NCBI GenBank assembly: GCA_012295275.1 | Contig: CM022672.1 | Coordinates: forward strand, 32,612,001-32,676,000 | DNA length: 64,000 nucleotides | From: Chrysomallon squamiferum | Taxonomy: Eukaryota > Animalia > Mollusca | Direction: 5' to 3' | In this document: one piece after another, positions 54,457-64,000 of the stretch | Position numbering within the stretch: the first letter of the stretch is position 1 | Layout: the number at the start of each line of letters is the position of its first letter | Translations under genes and position numbers: made by a program | The notes under the pieces: model-generated | Databases searched by the model: none | What the model was told of the DNA's origin: nothing | The model's input: only the letters and a program-made list of their open reading frames with translations

Positions 54457-55035
54457 TGTTGTTGTTTTTGTTGTAGTAGTTATAACAATAATAGTAAAAA
54501 AATATATTTGTTAGTTGAATAGGGGGAAAAAGAAAGAAAAATGATTAATACTTTATTTACTATTTTATTTAATATTTTATTCATTTGTTTGTTTGTTTAT
54601 TTACTTAATATTTTATTCAGTATTTTATTTATTTATTTGTTTTTATTTATTTATTTTTATTTATTTATTTACACAGACGAGACAGTGCTCTCACCAATCA
54701 GATTCAGACCAGTTTGTTCTTCACTCTCTTGTCCAACATCAGGTTTGACTCAGTTTTGTGTCAAAGTTTCACCAATGAGCAGCTCAGTTTTGTTTACCTG
54801 GACATGCAACACACACTGCAGCCGACCACGTCCAACTACAACAACTCTGACAGCATGAAGTTGTAGAGTGTTACTACACCAGGTGACCAATCTCAACAGT
54901 CAAATGTGAGCAATCAGGGAGAAAAACTTGAAGCTTTAATACTAAAACCAGCCAAAGAAAAACACTTAATCATTCAAAAGCACAGGAAAGAGACAAAACT
55001 CGAAGAAACAGGACAACATCTCCAACAATGTCTAG
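51075..55035 (+). pseudogene. CAMSAP-like (pseudo): Partial unprocessed CAMSAP/Patronin pseudogene, copy B (exons 51075-51184, 51399-51484, 51906-52023, 52293-52341, 52605-52817, 53373-53467, 53979-54084, 54677-~55035)
   Basis: As copy A, plus DICLKDGLGIPNSLYN...FHFTYKDFL, RRGNSVSSPQ...VLAWQEQK (cf. RSNSL...IAWPEKK), LLSNIRFDS and KLEALILKPAKEKH (cf. EPLMPAVLKPAKEK). It has multiple stops and ends before the coiled coils and CKK domain. Confidence 0.9.
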
Positions 55036-56289
55036 GAAATTTCCTCACACATCACATGTCACAGCTTATGGATTTCTAAGCCAAGGGGACATAACTGTGG
55101 AAGCCACTGTCTCTCTGGACCTCAACACCACATCATACTGTGACATATGAAGTTTGAGGTGTTAATGTTCAGAAAATATTTTTGGTTCACCCAGTACATC
55201 AGTGTGTGTCTCTTAGGCTGATATTTTCACAGCATAAAGAAAAAATCCTGACAGACTGAGTAAATGGTTATATCTCTTACTGACTAGATAAAATGGGTGA
55301 AATCTGTTTTGTTTTTCAGTTTTTAAAATACAAATAAATAAATATATGTAAACAATTTTTTTATTTTATATTCTTAAAATAAACAGTCTAAACTAGTCTG
55401 TGATTTTTGTTTCTTTCTGTGTTATGGATATTTCATGCACTCATCATGAATCAGAAAATTCAAAAAATTTTGTACAGCTACTAATATACAAGAATTTGTA
55501 ATGTTTATTAAGTTTCGGTTAATGTACCAAAACCAAATAAATAAAAATATTCTTCATCTTAGGATGTTTCATAATGTTAGCTAAAAAAATAAAATTAAAA
55601 ACAGAATACAAAATAATTTGAAATGTTTATTTCAACAAAAAAAACAAGTTAATATCGGAACTACTTTTTCATAAAAAAAAACATAATTTTAGAAATTATT
55701 ACATAAAATTCCTTACATAAAAATTTAGAAAAGCATGATATAAAATATTTTTGAACTTTTAAATTAAAAATGTTTTAAAACGTTTGATAAGGTTTTAAAG
55801 ATGAGAGCCAAAAGTGCTGTAAAATATAAAAATACCAAGATTTCTGATCTATCCAACAAAAGTATAATAATAAAATATACAAAATGAAATAAAAAATAAC
55901 CAGGATATTTGTTTACAAAAAAGTTAAAAGCTCAATAAATAACTTGTAATCTGAAAATTATTTATTCAGAAAATTTCTAATTTCTGATTTTATCTTCTAA
56001 AACACACAAAATTATATACTTCCATTTTATGTTTTATTACGATACCTTTATTGGGTAAATCTTTACTAGAAGTCTTGGTGTTCTTTGTTATTTTATATTT
56101 GGTATAGATAATTCGGTAGATTATTATTATTTTTTTAAATAAAATAAGAAATACAAAAAATAAAACAGAAAAATGAAATTATCTCCCCTGGACCAAACAA
56201 CTTTATATAAAATCTGTACTTTCTTTTACAAAGCAGTAATCAAGGATTTCTAACAAATTATTTTAAAAAATAAGTATTTTTTTCACAGA

Positions 56290-58324
56290 CCTGACTGAAC
56301 TTAGTGCTGTATTGTGTCCAAACATTATGTATATTGGTCTATATGTAACTACATCTTGTATGAAAAACATTGTGACTTCCAATCTGAAATCACAGTTTCA
56401 CAGTTTTATAAATTATTCAGTAAGTGTAAAGTCCATGACTCACACAAGTAATGTTTTTAAACTTTTGTTTGGTGTGGATTTTTCTAGAAGTTCTCAGTAT
56501 TCTTCAAGCATTTGGCTTCTTTTTATTTTTTTGTTGAGATGTTTCATCTTCTGCTATTTCTTCTGCTTGCTTAGTTCAGTGTGATCAGAAAACTTGAAAA
56601 ACTTGGAGACAAACTCAAGAAGCCATTTAGAATGAACAGATGATTATCATTAACACTTCTCATTATAAACAAACCTGAAAATTTAAAACAAAAATAAATG
56701 TGTTTTTATTAAAACTAAAATAATATTCAGAAGTATATAAACAGTATTAATATGTCCTGATTATAAAAGTTTACCTCTGAATGTGTATTATACAATTTGA
56801 CATGTAAAATGAAGACTAGATAAAATTCAAATCTGATGTTTTGTGACTTAATAGTAGAGAGCTGAGCTGAGAAGTAACAGATTGTAGTATCAATCTTGAT
56901 TTGTGCAGTCTGTTACTCGTTTATTAAACAATGTACACTGAAAACTGAACATAAAAATAATTGACTTAATTAACAGTGAAAATGTAGAGGGTTTTTCTCT
57001 TACACTGTCATTATCAAAAATAATTAATAACTGTCATCTGAAACAGACCATTTAAAATTATTAATCACACTTCATGATTACCGAAAGGCTGAGGAAAAAG
57101 TTTATTAAAAATTGTGAGAGATACTTTTACATTTATTTACCAGTCAAGCAGACAGTTAAACTAACATGATGTGAAGAATCTGCTGTAAATAGATTTCTGT
57201 ACTCTGTGTACAACACCAGCTTGTGTCCAAAAAATCAGACATGACATTCATACATTTAAAACAAAAATGTCAGTAATAGTATTACAAATGTAATGTACAT
57301 ACACTTTACTTACCAATCACTCAGCCTGTTAAAACAGCACTGATGTAAAACATCTGATTGTCTGTAACTGTCCTGTGATTTCTTTGCTGTAAGAATCTGC
57401 TGTAAATAGATTTCTGTACTCTGTGGTGATTCTGACATAACATCCAGCTTGTTTCTGAAAATAAAACATTATATTGTACATTTTTGTAGAACAACTATTA
57501 CAATTTTATTTCTTCATTTGAATTTGGAGTGATGTTTTCAACTAATATATATGTAGAGTGAAATAAAATTTAACTAAAATAAAATAAAGTCAAACTGTAT
57601 TTATTAAAATATTTCTTGTTGTTCCTGTACTTTTTATTATCTGGGAATGTGTCTGTTTAAAACAAATTTGAACAAATCAAGTCAGAACCTTTAAGTATGA
57701 ATCTAATAATTTTAGAAATAAAAATAAACATATTTTTTTTTTTTTTTTTTTTTACATTTTTAAATTGATAACAAATAAAATCTAAAATCTTTATCTTATT
57801 CTTAATTTTTAAATTTAAACTTTCTAAAATACATGTTCAATTGACTATTTCCTCTTACAGCTATGTTATCACAGTTGGTAAATCAATGACAAAGTCTGTA
57901 TTTACAAATAAACAATAAAATTATATCTAATAATATTAATATTAAAACATTCTCAGATGAAATTAAGTAATTTATTATTTTAAAGTTTATAAAATCTGGT
58001 AGTAAACTGAATTACCTGTCCATTATACCCAGCATCTGTTTACAAACATGTTGAGTACATCTGAGTGTCTGAGTCTGTACAAATTTCTCTTAACAGTCAG
58101 GACTGGAGAAGTGACTGTTCTTCACTGAACTGTGCACTACACACATGGTCAAGTGGTCATCCTTGGCCTGAAGGAACCTGGCCTTTTTTTCTGAACAGAA
58201 AGAGCTTGTTTATCCTGTAAAGTCATAAATTACATTTATCATTGATAAACCTTAACAATGAAATGAGTTAACTAAAAAATTGTAACATTTATTACTGATA
58301 ACTCTAATAAATAAAATTATAGTT

Positions 58325-58355
<31 letters not shown>

Positions 58356-59700
58356 TTATAAAATTTATCATTGGTAATCTCTGGAAACAAAAACAAATTA
58401 CTATTTAAATATCACCTAAAATATTAAAATTACAAATTATTTAGTCAGAATAAATTGATTTTGCTGAGATTTTTCTGTATTTTATTATTGTTCATAATAA
58501 CCAACAAAAAGGAAAATGAAAGCTTCAATTTTTTTTTTTTTTCAGTTTAGTGACAAAACTTTCATTGTGTCAAACATTTTTCTTAAAAAAGATTATTTCC
58601 CATAAAAAAAAAAAAATTTAAAAAATCTTTAGGATGGAGGAAAATAATTTATTTTATTTATGAATAATTTTACTTCTTTCTGTTTTTAAAAACAATAAAT
58701 TCATTTCCTTGTTTTTTTTTTTTTTTTTTATCTTCAATACAAAAGATGTTTTATGTAAAATTTGTTTAATAATAATTATGGATGTTTAATATTATACTAG
58801 CTTAATCAGATCTGTAATACCAAAACACAAAAATGAATTTCAAACCTCTGGTCTGTATAAAACACTTTGCACAGACAACACAGACACAACTGTGACAATT
58901 CGACCACTACAGGCCAAGTGAAATGACATGATAAACATCTAGGACAATATGGACTCCAGTGGAAATTCAACCATCTGTAAATACAAAATAAATATATAAC
59001 AAATATACATGATTAATAGTTGTAAAAGATTTTACAACAACAACAACAACAACAACAATAATAATAATAACAAAAACAATAACAACTGTATTTTACTTGA
59101 AAATACCAGCATCATAAATATATATAAAACAATGTTTTTCACACACAACAAAATTTTAAATAATTTTTAAATATACCTATCCACTTCATAACAGCTAGTA
59201 TATTAAAAATGTGTATATACATATATAGTTTTAAATATTACTTTGCGAAATATATATATAGGCCCTATATTGTATAATATACACTACAGTTATACTGTAT
59301 ACTCTGTAATACACTTATACACTATTACAGGGCAGCGGGCTTGAAATGGCCAAAGATCCGTTTGGGCGACTTGACCTGTTTATCCATAAGTTATAATTCA
59401 AGAGCCACTATTAATGACTTTATCTCAAATATTTATTTCAGATAAAAGGTTTGCTCGTATTTCGATAAATTGGACGTACTGGCTTATCTTATTTTGCCAA
59501 TATTTTTTTATAAACACTTAACTGTGAACGCCGGATATGCATGTAGTTAACTGTAGTCTTGATAAACAAAACCGCGAGTCTCGCTGACCCAGTATCGTTA
59601 AAACTGGTCGTGACCATTCGGATCATTCCGAACCTTCCCGAATGCCGTCTTAGCTTTTGTCGTCTGCGACAGTAGACAGAAAACCACACCATAATCTCAA
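56290..59700 (-). pseudogene. Multi-exon relic with a probable THAP zinc-finger exon (58016-58214); other GT-AG-bounded exon-like pieces at 58846-58974, 57313-57454 and ~56290-56674
   Basis: (W)INKLFLFRKKG..SFRP..HVCSAQFSEEQ...KRNLYRLRHSDVLNMF resembles THAP W...VCSxHF...RLKxxAVPTIF, read across frameshifts. CpG-rich sequence at 59330-59710 with MVWFSVYC could be the 5' end. Confidence 0.45.
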
Positions 59701-60013
59701 ACCACGAGTAATTTCAACAAATTTTGTAATCAAGAGATAAACACATTAATAACTTGTTAAATACTAAAAAAAAAACAGCAGGTTCACGAGTGAACTGTTT
59801 TTACTTTAAATAGTTATAAAGTTAAATTTTGTTATTTTAAATATAGTAAATAAATAAGCAATAATAGGGCTGTTTCAATAGTTATTAGATTGAAAAGAAA
59901 AGTGATTTGTTGTATTTACTTTCTATTATATATGTTTTTTCATAAATATTTGCTTTCTTTCTTTTTTTTTATTTTTTTTTTTTTTTTTTTTATTTATTTA
60001 TTTATTTTTTTTT

Positions 60014-60054
<41 letters not shown>

Positions 60055-61539
60055 CAAATTTGTAATACTGTTTAACTGTTATTCCTGGATAATATATCTC
60101 AGTTCAGAAATATATTGTTTTTGGAGTTTATTAATTTCAAAATAAATGTTAATAAAATTTTATTTTGAAAATGAATGATAGTTTTGATCTACTGGATGAA
60201 GTATTGGATCCTTAGATAAAGTTTATTTCATGTTACGATATTATTTTTAGATAAATCTTTTGCTTTTTGTCAGTTCTCAAGTATTACTCTACAAATCAAT
60301 GACTGTACATTTTGCAATCAACTGAAATGTGTTCTAACTGTAAAAGCTGCAGTGGACTGAATTCTGATATTTTCTTTCTTATGATTGAGATTTTTTAATG
60401 GATCTTTGAAAAATTCATTTTATCTCATTGACGATCACAAAGTTAACAATCATACAAATTAAATAATCTACTATAGTCTTATATAATCACAAAACACACT
60501 ATTCTAGATTCATAAACAGACATTTACAAAATTCATTTATGATATTTACTAACCGTTGTATTCTTTTCTTAATACTGTATCCTAAAAATTAAAATATTTA
60601 GGATTACAACTAAAGTAATACTCTAAAATAAAAAAAAAAAAAAAAAATAAATAAATAAATAAATGAAAAAAATGTACCTGAAATGAAAAAATAAACCACC
60701 ATTAATATTACAGGTTTACATAAATACCTTAAACGTTAACTGCTTAAACTGAATAATAAAGTTTAACAAAGTAGGTAACCAAATACATTGAACTCTTCAC
60801 ATGAGAGACAACACATTTCCTGAGAATTCACTTCATTTGTTATCACAGTCAGTATATGTCATCCAGTCACAGATACATATTTATTGTGTAGTTCACAGAA
60901 TATGAGAGGAAAAACACAAATCACACCAAGAAATCACTGGCCCCTACATGACACTCATATAATAGCATATAAAAACATAATGTTACATATAAATAATACA
61001 GCGATATAAATTAACAGTATTTACTAAAACTGATGGTTTTGCAAGTATATAAACACTGAAGTACAATATTGGCTGATACAGAGATATAAAAAAAAAACAA
61101 GTAAGAGAAAGTAAAACTATTTTCACGTGAGCATCCATGTAAAGATTTTTATTTTGTCTTGCACTGACCCAACACAGCTGATCTTCAAGCAACAACACTA
61201 AAAAAAAAAAAAAAACTTTTTAAATGTTTATCTGAAATAAATTAAATTTAAATTAATTTCTGTAAAGGGTAAAACAGATTAAAAGTAAATTCACTTTAAT
61301 AATATTTAATAAAACATGAGAGAGAGAGAAAACAAAATTCAAGCCACATAAAATAATTGAAAATTAACATACTTTATTAAAATAAATTTCACTATAAAAT
61401 AAAGTTCAGTTCATTGTGATCTTAAGGTTCACAATGTTGTATGTCACAGTGTATGTTAGTAAATAAATCTGATTGTAATGTTATAAAACATGTTGTTACT
61501 TCTTCCTTTAAGTCTTCTTGTGTCACAACTAATTATTAC

Positions 61540-61900
61540 TGTTCCACTATCTACTGACCAAGTATGTACTAGAAACGTTGTCACTATTTGTTTATCAATT
61601 TACTTACCGTTTATTATTACAAACATTTTCATTACTTACTCATAAAATAACTTAGAGCGTGCTACTGCTAAAAATATCGTCGCTACTAGTTTATCAACTT
61701 AGCATTTACACTAGAAACATTCTCATTACTTACTTAGCGCGTGGAACTAGAAACATTGTCCATGCAAATTCATGAATTTAGTGAATGAAACAATGCCACT
61801 ACTAGTTTATCAGTAGATTTAGTGTGAAGTACAGAAATATTGTTTCTACTACTTACATAGGGTGTGTCTACTAGAAACTAGTCTACTAGAAACCTTGTTA
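61540..61900. repeat. Highly degenerate tandem repeat (CTAGAAACATTGTCACTACTTACTTAG-like)
   Basis: The ctagaaac motif recurs at ~61569, 61711, 61747, 61871 and 61885. Confidence 0.55.
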
Positions 61901-62065
61901 TCATCTTGTTAGTGTTTTTCGTACAACTAACATCAAATAACTCACATTAAAATACTATTAATATTTTTCTTGTTATAATATATCACGTGACATGTTTACA
62001 GACATAGAAGCTGACCTGATGCTGCCCCAGTGCATTGTTAAAACAACTTTACTTCTAATCTTGTA

Positions 62066-62250
62066 TCGAGCGCCGATGACGTCACGATTTCACGTTTTTC
62101 AAGTCGGTGACTCGAACCGTATCAACTGAACTGACGTACAGAGGAACCGACGTGGCTATCTGCTTATGTACGAAGTACATTTCCACGAACTTGCTTAGCA
62201 ACATGTATGTAGGGAAGGCTGGGGACATACCCATCCTAACACTAGTTATA
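62066..62250. promoter_or_regulatory. CpG-rich promoter-like patch with CRE (TGACGTCA 62077-62084) and RFX X-box-like TTGCTTAGCAAC (~62191-62202)
   Basis: Motifs seen directly; no associated gene identified. Confidence 0.3.
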
Positions 62251-62687
62251 TACTTTCCGAGTTGGTCTCTTGAAATAAAAACTTTTTCATTTTTATCCTA
62301 AAACTCTTTATGAAATTGTACAAGTTTTATATTCTTATTCAGGTAATCAGATAACTAAATATCTGACACCAGTTCTAAACCTAATTGTAACGAAAATGCA
62401 TAACAGTAAAGCTAACTGCAAAGCTTAATGTGACCCTAATGCTACTTTTAACCCTAATCCTAACGTCGCTATAACGTTAGTTCTAAAAGTACGAAAAACT
62501 GATATTTTATTGAAATAAACGTATTTTAAATATTAACGTAACAGTTATAATTTGATTAGGATATGGGTTAGATATGAGTATTTACTGACATGAATTGAAT
62601 TTTCGTTTAAAACATGAAAAATATTATAATAGAATTGAAAAAAAAGAGTGAATATTTGTTTTTCCATCCTAAAATTGGGTATTTAGA

Positions 62688-62778
<91 letters not shown>

Positions 62779-62907
62779 CAAATAAAGCAAAATGTGCGCC
62801 ACACGTATTTATAGAGACTTCAGCTTTTCACACTAAATATAAATTAGTGAATTCACTTCGGTATTAACACACTAATAATCATCTTGTTCATTTAGCTACG
62901 TATAGGG

Positions 62908-63208
62908 GATAGGTTTTCAACCTGAGGCTCAGGACCTCCAGAGGGGTCGCCAACTTTTTTCTAGTGGTCGTTCTTGAGCGAGGGCATGATTTAGTTTTTT
63001 TCAACTTGACTTGGAAGGAGGAATAAATAAAAACGTGTAGATAGGTTTGGGACCCATCAGAGTCAATACAAATTCGTTTTGTACTGTCTTAGGTTGATGT
63101 AAATATGGTAACCCTAGATATTATTGAATCAAATATGTTAAAGGGCAACATCGGTCATATTGAATTGCTTATAAGTGGTCGCGGTATGAAAAAGGTTGAA
63201 AACCAGTG
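62908..63208 (+). mobile_element. hAT (Charlie-type) MITE, copy 2 of the same family
   Basis: Shares long identical stretches with 12329-12592 (e.g. TTCAACTTGACTTGGAAGGAGGAATAAATAAAAACGTGTAGATAGGTTTG) and ends AAGGTTGAAAACCAGTG. The TSD is degraded. Confidence 0.8.
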
Positions 63209-63419
63209 GCATCAGGTTACTTTCCATTAGTCATAGAGTTATTTGTCATACCGTTTATAAGGTCAAGGTTTGGTTCACACTTAATCCTCTGCCCTTTACC
63301 TGGATAAAAAATGGTATGATCCCACATTGTTGTATATTGTATGACTATCGGCAATAAATAAATGATAGAAAGGCTTATAATTATTTATACATTTTATTGC
63401 ATCCAGATAACTTGGTCAG

Positions 63420-63900
63420 TTATGTAAGTTTCAGTAGATAGCTTACAGCATTTAAGAACTGAAGGGGTATTTTGACTCTCTGCTGCAATTGATGCTTGAG
63501 TCTAACTAGTCTGTTTTCCTTCAGTAGTCAAGAGGAAAGCGTGGCCATCAGCAGTCACTGTCGATTCTCCAGTAAGGTGCACGTCGGATCTTGTCAGGGG
63601 AAGTGCAGGGATCAGTCGATGTGTGTACAGTGGCATGCTTATACTGGGGAATGATGGCAATACTCGGACTTGATCTGAGTCATGTCTGACTCTCTCTTCA
63701 TTGTAAACAGCACTCAACGGTGTTGTTTCTTCTCTGGCCCGCTTTCGCATAGTGCTGAGGAACTTCAGACGCTCTGAATCTTGTGGTGGGTGGGTGTGGT
63801 CAGTGATGTTCCTGACGTGATCACGAACGGTAGTTCATCTTCCATTGCAGGTCTTGATGACAAATTTACAATGAGTACAAGTCTCATTTACAGGTGACTA
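63420..63900 (-). mobile_element. Internally deleted Mutator-like (FLYWCH-MULE) transposase
   Basis: KTCNGR*TT...DHTHPP (FLYWCH end), then LKFLSTMRKRAREETTPLSAVYNEE...LPSFPSISMPLY...PALPLTRSDVHLTGESTVTADGHAFLL. This is joined near 63515 to the C-terminal RLVRLKHQLQQRVKIPLQFLNAVSYLLKLT*. The DDE core is missing. Confidence 0.82.
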
Positions 63901-64000
63901 TTTAATTGCGGCGTACACCTCTGCGACAATAAATACTCCACTTTCTGAAGTTCTGCAATGGTGCAAGTATGCCATAATATGACATTCCACATTTATATAT

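Overview
AT-rich, microsatellite-dense animal genomic DNA, most likely a mollusc (inferred from a mollusc-type beta-microseminoprotein and a perlucin-like lectin), with one 200-N scaffold gap at 33238-33437. Nearly all ORFs in the supplied track are microsatellite artefacts. I can reconstruct only one intact gene: a 3-exon, 128-aa secreted beta-microseminoprotein (PSP94/MSMB-family) gene on the minus strand, join(6372-6261, 5616-5493, 2457-2307). Its second intron holds a 2.8-kb 39-bp minisatellite, and a dead paralogous last exon lies about 2.4 kb upstream. The rest is a mosaic of intron-containing gene relics: a partial CAMSAP/Patronin (two copies), perlucin-like C-type lectin exons, nephrin-like Ig exons and a probable THAP-domain exon. 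These are mixed with transposon debris (CR1/Crack-like LINE, Tc1, hAT-Charlie MITEs, a Merlin-like MITE and transposase relic, an internally deleted FLYWCH-MULE) and several satellites. A young ~13-kb direct duplication (20303-32966 vs 40563-53970) sits inside an older, more diverged duplication. I see no CRISPR array, tRNA or rRNA, and no clearly new biological system. The best leads are the beta-MSP locus and the duplicated gene-fragment mosaic. All family calls come from manual translation and remembered motifs, not database searches.
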